Program-made: the position numbers and the translations under genes | NCBI RefSeq assembly: GCF_018977255.1 | Contig: NW_024704742.1 | Location: 61,196,001-61,260,000, forward strand | Length of the DNA: 64,000 bases | DNA from: Callorhinchus milii | Lineage: Eukaryota | Reading direction: 5' to 3' | Shown: in pieces, positions 41,530 through 53,479 of the stretch | Numbering within the stretch: the first letter of the stretch is position 1 | Layout: each line of letters opens with the position of its first letter | The notes under the pieces: model-generated | What the model was told of the DNA's origin: nothing | What the model saw: only the letters and a program-made list of their open reading frames with translations | The model's database searches: none

Positions 41530-43694
41530 GTAAGTCATGTCTTTGCATGTTTTCTTTTAGCATACATAAGAATTATGTTGCACAACTTAATTTAGTTGAA
41601 TTTGAAGGGCTTGAATTAGATTATTTCTCAGCCACTGCTTGAAAGGAAATGCAGGAATGCAGGAAGCTATCAGCTTGAACGGAAAATTGGGATTCTATGA
41701 GTATCCTTGGAGAGAATCCTGATCACTATCTTTCTTCTTTCTCTTTGCCTGCTTCTTTCCTCTCGCCACCCCAATCCCCCATTCCCTTCCCCCAAGTCTT
41801 TGGATAGACTGCTATTGCTCAGGCTTGCTTATTGGAAGGCACTTGGTGCCTGTGGAAAACCTACTTCAATGTGAGTCGGTGCCTTTTGGAAAGGAGGAAA
41901 TGCCACAAAACACATCAATCAAATGCTGTTTTAACTGACTTGAAAAATGATATCTCCATCATCAACTAATCTGATTTTTTTCTAGTTGGCAGCAGTGATA
42001 TAAAACACTTGAATTATTCATTCCTTTCCCGAACAGACCCCGCTGTAGATCTACTGTCTGAGTTTAGGAACCGCTGGGTTGGCAATTGCAAGAAACCAGC
42101 TTATTGCTCGCCTGCCCCCTTCTCTTGTTGGTGCTCCCATCATTTCAGGCAAGAACAGTCAAATACTGGATATTCGTGCTGGGCTAGCTGAAGCCCTGTT
42201 ACCCTTCTATTACACTTCAACCAGCATGCAGACCCTGCTCACTTACAATAAAATAAAACACAAAAATTTGAGGAGATCCAATCACTCTCTGGTCTCAGCT
42301 GGTATGCCACTGAGCATGACAGCCCTCAGACACAAGAGGTGTATGTTTCTGAAACATTGGAGCATAAAGCAAATTTGCTAAATGGGTGATGGCAGATTAT
42401 TTTCTGGCCCTGCCAGAATGAAGCTCACACCAGCCACCAGGGAACGTCACAGGCAGCATTACCTAATAGCTGTCTGGTATTAAATCTTGTGTCATTAGTA
42501 AGTTACACCCTGGTCAGATGCATAGTCGGTCAACTATATACTGTGCTAACACTACTTTTAAAAGAGCAGCTTTCGTCAATAATCATTGAAGCTGTTGACC
42601 TGGATTAACTCATGCTATAGATAGTACTGAGCAAACAATAATTACAGAGTATCTACAGTACCTCAGTATAAATGAAACATTTTAAAAAGGGCATCTTATT
42701 TTTGCTTTATCATCAATTAAAAGAAGAACTGCACTGTTACTATCAATATACCTGTTGGCCTGGAGTAATTCTTCACCATGCGTTCGATACCAGAATCATA
42801 TACATGTACTGAATTTCTTCCTATTTAATGAAATCATTTATGTTCTGACAGATATAGTGATGATTGTGGGACGAGACTCTGATATATTCCTCCCAATCAT
42901 TTACAGTTGATTCCTGTTGTGTGCAATTTGGTAACATAGATGAATAATGTAAGTAGAACCCTGCAGTGTAGTAACACATGTGAATTGATCACCAGCAAGA
43001 CATCAGGGTGTAAGCTAACTAGGATTCAGGCTTAGACCCCTCATGTTTCATGCAATCACTTGCTCAGAGATTCTAAGTTTAAACTGAGGTTTCAGCACAA
43101 GGTCTGAGGTGCTTCTCAGAACAACTCTGAATCCATTTAGAACAGCTTATCTCATGATGCTTAGTCTTCCAAATGTATTTAGGAACAAACAAAATTAGCG
43201 AGCAATTCCATTGGACTGGACGAGGGTTTGCAATTGGGTGACTGGTGAGAGCTCCTTCTAGAGGAACTGTTTCAGATGGTCTGTGGTTAGTGAAATAGGC
43301 TTCCAAGTAACCTGTAAGAGCCTAGGTGGAACCTCACTGAGATGTTGCCATTATACAAAACCTGATCATTACAGCCCCTCAGTGCACAATCTTATTGAGG
43401 AATACTGGTCACTAGTATTGGTGCTGCTCCAGGTATTGGATCTCTGGAAATCCTTTCCTCTTTTTTAAGATTCTGCACCTCAGCCTTATGAAATGTTTAC
43501 AATAAACAACTGATGGGCATGATTTGGATTCTAACTCTTCCAAAAAGTACTAGTGGCTAAGCGCAAGGCCAGTGATTGGGAGTGTTTGCAAGAAAAATGT
43601 TTCGGGTAATGCAGACACTATTAATGTGTGAATTTAATATTTTTTAACATAATAAATTTACATTTCATAATAAATTTCAAATCATATTTGCTGA

Positions 43695-43883
43695 CTCTCT
43701 TCCCCCTTCTCGCTCCCTCCCTCCCATCCCTCCCCTCACCCTGACCATTTCCCCCCTCCTCGCTCCCTCCCCTCACCCTGACCATTTACCCCCTGCTCGG
43801 GTCATGACCCAACTGTGCAGTGCCTTGGGACGTCCTCCTGACGTGAAAGGCGCTTTATAAATGGAATCTTGTTGTTGTTGTTG
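43695..43883 (+). mobile_element. Short young L2 3' end
   Basis: Nearly identical to 56000-56186, including the C-rich repeat and (TTG)n tail. Confidence 0.88.
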
Positions 43884-43949
43884 TAGTGACCTTACCAGGG
43901 CAGTTTCCGTGCTATGGACACATAACTATGTCTGACACATGAATAAACT

Positions 43950-44470
43950 CATCACTATGCTTAAGAGTATCCAAATCAGACTGAGAATTGCGTCTATATA
44001 TGCCATCTACACATAGAAATTTCTCTGTGTCTGGACTGAAATTCACACTAGCTCACTCGAGGGATGCAACTGCTTACTTAATTTGAGTAACAGGCAATAG
44101 CCAAGCTGTGGTAATTAAGTAATTCCAAAGCTTGGGGACCCCAGAGTGTGTGTTGAGGTACTGGTGGAATTCATCCAGATAAAGCCACATAGATTGCCAT
44201 TGAGAACAGTCTCTGGCAAGCTTCCTGCTGCTTATTCATAAAGGACCACCTTATTCACTGGGGCTTTGGCTTGCAATACTAACTGGCTCCAACTTAGAAC
44301 TCCTTATCCTGGTGACTGGTCTGCTCCTCCAAGTCCTGCCAACGAGTCAGGCTGGCTGGTCCCTCAACAGCAGTGCCCTGGAGGACTGTGGATCAGTTTG
44401 GCTCAGGAACTGGGCTGCCAAGACTGACACAGAGGGTGAACTCGATTTTGGCATTCTGTTGCTAAGCACA
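43950..44470. repeat. Unclassified old dispersed repeat (longest copy)
   Basis: Shares blocks with 17848-18070, 25810-26150 and 63479-63620. Confidence 0.65.
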
Positions 44471-44912
44471 CCTTCAAGGAGACCCATCTTGCCTCCCTCC
44501 CAAGGAGGATAGCAAGCATTGACTCTTATCTGCTGTGACACCATACTGCCGTTTATCTATCAACTAACCTTGAGTAAATAGATGCAGAATTTATTATGAA
44601 AAAATCACTCTTGAGATCCTGCCTATTTTAAAATAAAAAAATGTGTTTCCCCAGCCTGAATTGTTTCATCTGCTGCTGTGCTTTAGCTTAAAGTGACTAA
44701 AAGATTTCCAAAGGAACAATGATTGAATAAATGGTGCGTTTCTACAAAGGTGAAAGATTGAATTGAGCAAGCACTTGTGAGACCTAATGTTTAATATTCC
44801 AGTTAGTGATGCACTTGGGCAAGCTGAGGTAGCATCACATGCTTGAAAATGAGTTGTGTGTTTTTGTAATGAAGCTTTCTAAACTTCTTTTGTGTTGCTT
44901 TACCGAACACAG

Positions 44913-45066
44913 TTCATTATGCTGACCTACATCTTCATGCTGGCGTGGCTGGGGGTCACAGCCTTCACCTCTCTGCCTGTTTTCATGTACTTCAACATCT
45001 GGACTGTTTGCCAGAATGTGACCATCATGGAGTCGTCCAATCTCTGCCTTGATCTCCGTCAGTTTG
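44913..45066 (+). CDS. GPM6A: GPM6A coding exon 4 (154 bp; TM3, start of EC2)
   Basis: Acceptor aacacAG|TTC (phase 0) and donor TTT G|gtaggc. Translates FIMLTYIFMLAWLGVTAFTSLPVFMYFNIWTVCQNVTIMESSNLCLDLRQF. Confidence 0.97.
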
Positions 45067-45199
45067 GTAGGCAGTGTTTATGATGATTTTTCTTTCTCTT
45101 TTCTACCCCATTTCCCACTCACAACTAAACCACTTTGTATAATTCTCAGGTCTGTGCGTGTTTGCTTTGGCAAAGAGTATTTTAAATACAGCACAATTC

Positions 45200-45810
45200 T
45201 ATAAAATACAGTGTATGCATGCCTTTCTTGTGGGTAGGGCTTCTCAAAGTGCTTCCTTGACTGAGCATTCAACCTGAGGAGGTTGGGGGAAGGTGATAAA
45301 ATGTGGTCAAAAATGTAACTCTTAAGGTGAACTTTAAAAATGGGAAATGAGGGGACAACGTGGAGGAAGGACTTGGAGTTTCTCAGAATGGAGGCAGATT
45401 AGCTGAAGCTCACTCACTCTGTTTGGGCGGAATGAGAGGGGTGACATGAAGCAGGCTTATGCTCATGGAGGGAGTGGTGGGACCAGTTGGGGCACTACTG
45501 CTGCAGGAGGTCATAGAGTTGTGATGTGGAGACACTGGGATTTAAACTTGTGGGTGAAGATCTTGAATTTGATTTGCTGGGGCATGGGGAGCCAGTGAAG
45601 TTCAGCAAGGATGGAATGATGAGTTTGTGGAGCCTGGTGTGGATACAAACTGCAGAGTTCTTGATGGTCTGCAACTTGTGTATGGAGGAACTGGGGAATC
45701 CAGCAAGCAGACCGTTGGAATAATCAAGCCTGGATGTGATAAAGGCATGAATGAGGGTCTTGGGGAGATGGAGGTATGTAAGAGGTAATGGTGGAGATGG
45801 GCAAGGTTGC
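45200..45810 (-). mobile_element. Old L2 3' fragment in intron 4
   Basis: TLIHAFITSRLDYSNGLLAG..IHKLQ on the minus strand. Confidence 0.82.
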
Positions 45811-46483
45811 AATTTTATGTTGTGGCAAATTTATTTCTCCTTGTTTCTGCTGAAATTATAAGTTTCTAATCAATGTTGATTGTATGGGTTAGCATCCACA
45901 GATGGCTCGGGTGAAAAGGGGATCAGACCCACCCCTCCCAATGTATCTACAGTTCACCTCTTTAATGGGTGCTAGGAGGGGGAAGTGCTGAGCCCTGAGG
46001 AGGACCACTGCCAGTCCTCTGAGCAGCCCCAACCCACGGGTTCCTCGTGCCCCTCACCCAACAGAACCCCTTACTCAGACCGCCCTCTCCCCCACCCCCC
46101 ACCCCTGAGCAAAACAAATATTTTCACCCGCCTGATAAATTTAATTTTTGGAGTGTGTGAGATATGTGCTGATCCCTGAATTGAATCAATTCAGATTTTC
46201 CAAATCGTTCCACTTGTAAAGCCATGTTTTTCGTCAATTCCCCCTCGTCATCTTTCCTATCTATTACTGGGTTGCTTTCTCTTCGTGGGGAATAAAATTA
46301 TTTAGTTTTTTTTACTTTCTTCCCCACCCTCCCCCCCACCCGAAAACAATTAGGTTTCAACTTGCAACATAACCTTTTGCAAATAATTTCTGAATTTTAA
46401 TTTAATTTTAACAAAAAAAAGTCTTAGGTTGGCTTATGAAATTCTTCTTCGAAAAGTACTCAGCAAATGTATATCTCTTTCAG

Positions 46484-46560
46484 GTATTGTGACTATTGGC
46501 GAGGAGAAGAAGATATGTTCCATGAGTGAGAACTTCAGCAAGATGTGTGAATCCAATGAT
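46484..46560 (+). CDS. GPM6A: GPM6A coding exon 5 (77 bp; EC2)
   Basis: Acceptor ctctttcAG|GT ATT (phase 1) and donor GAT|gtaggt. Translates (G)IVTIGEEKKICSMSENFSKMCESND. Confidence 0.96.
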
Positions 46561-46629
46561 GTAGGTTCAATTCTAGACTTGTGTTTACGTTTGTTTAAAA
46601 TAAATAGGCACACTGAGCAGAGAAGGATA

Positions 46630-46860
46630 CTAATAGGCCCATTAATAATAATCATAGAATTTTACAGCACAGAAGGAAGTCATTTGGCCCATTGTGTCTG
46701 TACCGGCTCTTTAAAAGAACTACCCAGTCAGTCCCACTCCCCCACTCTTACCCCATAGCCCTACACATTTTTCCTTTTCAAGTACCTATCCAATTGCCTC
46801 TGAAAACTACTAGCAAATTTGCTTCCACCAACCTTTCAGGCAGTGCATTCCAGATCTATA
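46630..46860 (-). mobile_element. CR1-type 3' end in intron 5 (similar copy at about 47460-47700)
   Basis: catagaatttacagcacagaaggaagtcatttggccc...tccaccaacctttcaggcagtgcattccaga, the reverse complement of a CR1-type tail. Confidence 0.65.
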
Positions 46861-47811
46861 ATAATAATAATCCTTACATTTGATATAGCACCTTATCACG
46901 TCGTTGAGACATCTCAAAGGACTTCACAGAATATATTGTAATGTGGATTGACTGTATATTTTGTGGGTGAAATTAATGCTACTGTCAAAGTGATGCTAAA
47001 GTACATTATAAATCTACTTATTGGGGCATCAATTTTGTTCCAATTCGCACCAGAAACCATTTCCAAGAAATAGTCTTGAAATGGATTTGATACCATTAGC
47101 TGTTATGTAGAGTGGTTGGTCAGCTACACTACACTGTCTTACTGCGCTTTAGAGGTTCAAAAGGGGAAATTGTTTTGTATTTGCGAAGAATCGTTATTGG
47201 TGATTTTGCCATCTGCTTCTCACATTGATGTGATAGTTCTGTTCATTGCTCAATTACATGCTGGTATTTTTGTGGACTTGACATTCGGCCTCTTTATCAT
47301 TGGGATTCAGAAGGTTAGACATCACAGGGAAGGGGAGGGGAGGAAAGAAGAGAGTGATCTGGATTCTTCCTATTTGTTTCTGATAACTAATTCAGTGGTA
47401 TACTGGCCAGTTTTCCTAGCTGAACTAATACTGGGAAGCTTACCAATAACTTACAAAGTTTTACAAAGAATGTATAGCACAGAAACAGACCACTTGGCCT
47501 AACCAGTCTGCGCTGATATTTACACTCCACACGAGTCTCAACCCATCCACACTGCCGCCCATATCCTTTTATTTCCCTCTCTCCTTCTAGCTCCTCTTGA
47601 ATGTATCCACACTATCTGATTCAACCACTGCTTCAGGCAGTGAGTTTCACAATCTCACTACGCTTTGTGTGAAGTGGTTCTTCCCAATTATCCTGTAAGA
47701 TTATAACTAGTTTATCCTAAAGGTTCACCAGTGCCTACGTTTGGGACCCTAATGTCTTGTGTCCGGCCAAGTGAGTGAAAATGACTGTTCTCTTGTTTTT
47801 CTCTCTTGTAG

Positions 47812-47877
47812 CTGAACATGACGTTCCATTTGTTCATTGTGGCTCTTGCTGGAGCTGGTGCTGCAGTCATTGCTATG
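47812..47877 (+). CDS. GPM6A: GPM6A coding exon 6 (66 bp; first part of TM4)
   Basis: Long pyrimidine tract then ttgtAG|CTG (phase 0); donor ATG|gtaagt. Translates LNMTFHLFIVALAGAGAAVIAM. Not in the ORF track; read by hand. Confidence 0.96.
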
Positions 47878-50423
47878 GTAAGTTTGGAACCAAAATCTGC
47901 CTGAGTGCTGAGGAACTCACATAGCTGCAAGGATGGGGATACCCAGCACACTGATGATTACAATGAAAATGTCTCACCCTCGTAGTGTGATGTGCTCCTA
48001 TAAAAATGAATGTAACATGTATTTCTGATGCAGTAAGGTCAATAAGAGGAGTTATCAAACAACTGCAGTTAGTTTCCAGGAGTTGCATGTGGCTCCCCAT
48101 TAACTGGAAAATAACTCATAGATTTTTGACTGTGTCAAAAATGATGCATTGCTCTTCATTATATGCGTATTACACTACAGTATAATAACATTCAACTCAA
48201 TTAAGCTGTGATTAATACAGTGCTGTAAAATGTAATCTCAGCAGCATAGATACACCTTAATTCAGTTCTTATTTTTAAAACGCCAATATAGCTCAAAGCT
48301 GCACTGTCGCACATATATTACATTTTGTTCAAGAGGTTATTAATGGGAAACTGTGCTGCTGGTGTGAGAGCCGTTGAAGAACAACACGGCTTTGTGTAAC
48401 ATGGCTGAAAATCGATAATCACTCTTCTTTTTGGAAAAGAAATTCTAATGCAAACATATTGTAAAGAGATAATTGCCACAGGAGAGCATGTGTTTTTACA
48501 CAAAAAAAATCAGGTTACGGTATTTTTAAAAGTTCTGTTCAAGCACTAGATAAAATGTGTTACAATAATCCAAACATTCATACTCATGCAATCAGTTGTA
48601 TCAATTTATCGTATTGCATTCCTGGCCAAGACAGGTTGCATTTGTAATGGTTATAGTATAGTAAAATGTGAAGGAAATTATATTTTAGATTTGTAAAAAG
48701 AATAGCTGAGGGAATTGAACTGTTTTGGATGGCCCTGCCAGGTGATGCCTGGAATTTGTTTCACACACTGGGACCCACACTGCAAAAAGAATAATGCTTG
48801 CATTTGGCAAAACACCTTTCACATCAGGAGGACGCCTCGAGACGCTAGTCAGGAGCTTCGCAGGATATGCTGTAAACTGTAACTTAAAAACTCAACTTAT
48901 TTTTCAGCCAAGTATTGAATGGTGTGTGAAATGCTGCAGCTGACCTTTGTTGCCAAGTTCTGGTTTTGAGTGGCAAAAACATAAGGGAAGCAGAGTTGGC
49001 ACACCAGCTGTGTATCACTTAAATCTGTGCTGCCTAGAAAATGTTGTGTATCCTCTACATAAGCGCTGAATGGCTGCTGTATTTTTCTTCCTCTCCTAAG
49101 GCATCTTTAGATCTTGCGTATGACGCAAATTATAATTGTTGCATAGCTGAGGAACAGTCCAGCTTGAAACAGTCAAGTGCAGTGTTTTTTGTGGCACTGT
49201 TTCTTTTTGTCATAACAACAGCTGAATGGAGATTTAATTTGTTCTAATGAAACTGCTACAGGTTTACTGACTACAACTCGTGTGTGAGTTGTAATTGCTG
49301 AAGTACACAAGTGGCCTCAGCTATCTGCTTGGAAATTTTATATCAGTAAACTAATCTCTATTGCCAGATGCTCTCTCCTTACAAATATATGGCATTTTCA
49401 CAATGGGCTGCATGGTGCTTCATATTTCATACAGAGCACGCAGGCTGTCACTGACCCCAATCCAAAATGATTTACATTAGTTCCACTTCTGTGATTGTTT
49501 GGATCCCAAGACAAATGCCATTTTTTGTTTTTGGAGGGGTGGGTAGGGGTCACACTTATATTTTTATTTTCTGCTCGCCCTTCAATTGCTTTTCCCTCAA
49601 TACAGTTCACCTTCCCCAATATTTTGCATTCATACACACGTTTATGTGTAATAGTATACAAGTGTATATATAGATAAACATGCACACACTTCATAGCAAA
49701 GCACAATGGGTGACTTGCTCTCAGGCTTCTGTCAATGCTGATCTTCAAGTGACTTCTTCGGACATCTTCAGAAGGGTGAGCTGATTTTTTTCTTCGCATT
49801 GCCCAACCATTCTTCATGTCTCAGCCATTCTTTTCGTGTCTCAACTCAGGTTGAATTTGAAAGGTGTCAAGTGGGGCAACATTGACACAAACCCTTTGTG
49901 TTGCTTCATGAGTCTCTGGAGTTTGCCATAAGAGCTACTCCTTTAAAAGCTAAATAGCCCTGTGATGTGGTAAAAAATGAATTAATTAATGTTTGATGAA
50001 TGTATTTAGAAAATGCCAGATTTTTAATATTTTTGTGCTTGCGCCTCATAAAATGGGTCAAAGCAGGACAAATAGCAGTTTTCCTCCCCATGCTTCCAGT
50101 GAAGGATGCTGCCAGCTCCTGAATTTTTAACCCTAAACAGGAAACCGTTTTATGGGATGACAATTCCATTCAAGCAGGATATTGATTCTTCACTTGTGAA
50201 CCACAAGCAACCATCATGTGCTTGCCTTGCCCTCATGAGAGAAAATCTCTGGCTCGTCAGCCACTTTGGCAAAAATTCAGATGTTGTTTATTATTGTTAT
50301 GAATCGTCGACTGTATTTATAGCAATTTTGTGTTTTTAAAAATATATATAGTTCAGTTTAACCTTTTTAAAGAGAACTTTTTTTTTAATCTAACCTGTTA
50401 TCCATCTGTTTTCACTAAAACAG

Positions 50424-50504
50424 GCCGCTTGCCTTATGACTTTGACATACAACATTGCTGCAAAGAAGGTTATCAGTCGGCAAAACTACTGCACAAAGCT
50501 GTAA
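50424..50504 (+). CDS. GPM6A: Putative alternative terminal exon of GPM6A encoding a PLP/GPM6B-type short C-terminus
   Basis: Branch-like tctaac at 50389-50394, pyrimidine-rich tract, acceptor aaaacAG|GCC in phase 0 matching the exon 6 donor. Translates AACLMTLTYNIAAKKVISRQNYCTKL*, which aligns without gaps to the recalled GPM6B short tail LIYMMATTYNYAVLKFKSREDCCTKF. AATAAA at 50618-50623. Confidence 0.78.
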   Translation, partial: AACLMTLTYNIAAKKVISRQNYCTKL

Positions 50505-50617
50505 AAGAGCAAGACATCTAAATGTTCATTTTAAAACAAAACAAGTCGCTGGACTTCCTGTAACGGCTTCCTAATATCAAAAAGAAAGCAGTCTGGTTCT
50601 CCTAATCCTTCCTACTA

Positions 50618-50623
50618 AATAAA
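50618..50623 (+). terminator. Candidate polyadenylation signal for the alternative terminal exon
   Basis: AATAAA about 115 nt after the TAA at 50502-50504; a second AATAAA lies at 50911-50916. Confidence 0.5.
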
Positions 50624-53332
50624 GTACAAGAGAAACGATCAAATGCTGAATGTACCAATACGGTTGCACCTAGAGTGTTAAGTGCAGATTTGCTTCAACT
50701 GATTTCGTTCTGCCTAAAGTCGTCTTGTTTATACTATTAGAAGCACTCATTAGATTGCTCATAGAGCGTCTTCCCAACGTGAAAGGCGCTATACACATGT
50801 AATTTTGTTGTTGTTGTAGAGATAAATGATTTTGTAAGATAAACACCAGCACGGGCTGGTTGGGCTAAAAGGCCTGTTTTGGTGCTGTAGTGTCTACATG
50901 GGTGGGGGCAAATAAATTTATTGTACGCTGCAAAACGTGCAACAATTGATTCAGCAGTACAACAGAGAACTTGCATAGCAGCCTCTATATATTACAATGT
51001 GTACAGTTGTGAAATTTTCAGCAAGTAGGATGGTTTCCCTGTCCTGGAGTATTAGGAGATGATTTCAAGAAATTAATCTGTTTTCCCCCCTTTACTTGCA
51101 CCCCATCAAATTTCACATTTAAGTTATAATGCCCTTCAAAATAGTTTTTATGTAATAATTATTAACATTTTTAAAATTCATCAGTAGGTTTATTCACTGG
51201 GTGCATTGTCGTTGAATCAAGATGCTGAACTTTAAGAGAACGAAAAGTAGATGATAAAGTTGACTAATGAAAGGAATTGTATGTGTTTAACATTTATCTT
51301 CCAGGTCATGAGAAGGGGGGACTTCAGTACATAGGAAAGGGTGCACATATGGGGAAAGGGGAGGGGAAGACAGCATTCAATGTTTGCACCATGAATTTCT
51401 TGCTTCTTTCACAGGTGTTTACGCAGTCTATGTATGTGACCAAACTGTGGTGTCATTTCTGTTATGTTTCTTCATTAATGGTGAAATATGGATGATGCAG
51501 GAATGGCTTTAATTCCTGCATTAGGCATTTTTCTGTTCAAACTTTAATTTGGGGGGGCAGGGGTGGGGTTACTTCCAGGAGCACGCAAACTGTGCCAAAG
51601 CAAGACTCAAGCTGGCAGAGAGCTTGTGTTATTGCTTGAATTCTTGAATAAAATCACACACAGCACAATAAATAAGAGGCATGCCCTACTGCAACAAGTA
51701 CAGTATCCTTGAGGAAAATTAGGACGTTGAGATCTACTTTGCAGTGCATGCAAATCGGATGTTGTGCATTAATTACAACTTGTGTTGTGAAAATGTCAGC
51801 TGGTGAATCACAACTTCCAAACCAGCAAATTCTAGGTAGACAAAAATAAGGTCATGATCAAAAAATAGTCAACTGGTTCCTATCAGCATTTTGGTCATTT
51901 TTGGGAATTTGGCGAATTGGTTTGTCGTCAATCGACCAGAAGTTTCACCAATGGGAAAAGCTGTGCTGAACTGAATGCCCAGCTTGCAAATATCACAAGA
52001 TTCCAGTATATATATCTACAATGACAGAAATATGCTTAAAGGGTTGACCACCATGTGGACAGCAACTTGTGGCACCTATAAACGGATTCAGGCATTTTAC
52101 GTCTGTCCAGCCAACTTGATGATGACAGAAATCTGACCCATAAATGCTGCCAATTCTCCTGAAGCCCAAATAGCTTTTTTGAAATAAAAGACTGGAATTG
52201 TAAAAGAAAAAGAAAATGCTTGGCAGAGGGTAACTTTCCTCTTTCAGGTACAAGTATTTAATCTTTGTGTTGTGATCCTTTGCCAATGATACACCACTCA
52301 TCATCATCTACTTGTGAGAAGAAGTCAAACCTGGTTGATAATCCTATTTTCTCTCTCAGTTGCTGATCAACCCTCTCTGTGTGTGTTCTGGCATTTAGCA
52401 TTTGTAAAGCGAGCTGTTGTGCTTTTGGCTATTCGGGTTATTATACAGACCTAAGTAGTCACACCTTCAATAAACACAAAAGGGAAAGGCAGGATGGTAC
52501 TGTTTGAAAACTACTTCCTCTACTAAACAAATAGTTATTTGTGTTTTTTTTAATTAATGCTCATAACCAGAGTGCGGTTCTACTGCATCAAGGTGCTTGA
52601 TGTAAGATGGCTGTTCCCTGCTAATGGTACTGCCAGATTACATTTCTAAATTAATTTAATGAATCTTGCTGCAGGAGCAAAATCAATTAAAAATGTTTGC
52701 TTTTTGTGCCCACTGATGAAGAGAATACTCAAAAGACCTAAAATAATGATCCTAGCATTTAATATAGCACCTTACCACATCATCAAGACATCTCAAAGCG
52801 CTTCACGCGATATACTGTAAAGTGGACCGAGAGAGTATTCTGTGGGTGAAATGTCCACAATGCTTTTATTTTGTAAAAAAAAATCTGCTTAAAAATACAC
52901 AAATCTTTAAAGGTGATAAGATAAAACTTTAACAAAGAGCAGATTCCAAATACATTATCAACCAAAAACTCTTCCAGTCCAATGTATTTTAAAGGTCTAA
53001 TATTTAATACAATTTAATACAAATATATGGAAAAATACATGGTGGGTATCTTAATATTTTAATGAACACCAGCTTGCTTTGGTCACCTGCCCTATCATTG
53101 GTGGGTTGGCTTTCAGTCATTCTGCCCCTACTCTTTAGAGCTCTATCTTGGAGTCCCTCTGCCTCGCTCTCTCACTCACCTTGCAGTTCCATGTACAATT
53201 CTGGTTGCCACATTATAAGGGCCAAGCCCGAAACACTGCACAGATGAGTGGGATAAACTTATGAGGAATGACTAAATAAGCTGGAGCTTTACAGCCTTGA
53301 GAATTGGTATTTCAGTGGGGACCTTATAGAGA

Positions 53333-53420
53333 TTTACACAATATTGTAGTGAGAGTCAAGTATCCACACTACCTGGGATTGACGCCTTTGCAGTTGAACA
53401 AAAAGTGCAGGTTGTTGCAC
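53333..53420 (+). repeat. 88-bp direct repeat, copy 1
   Basis: 85/88 identical to 57339-57426. Confidence 0.93.
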
Positions 53421-53479
53421 ATCACACAAGATACAAATTAGTGCTGTGCTAAATAAAATATTCTAGCACCAGTTATAGA

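Noticed and set aside
50330..50521. 63-aa ORF in the supplied track overlapping the alternative exon
   Set aside because: It is in a different frame from the spliced phase-0 frame and has no recognisable similarity.
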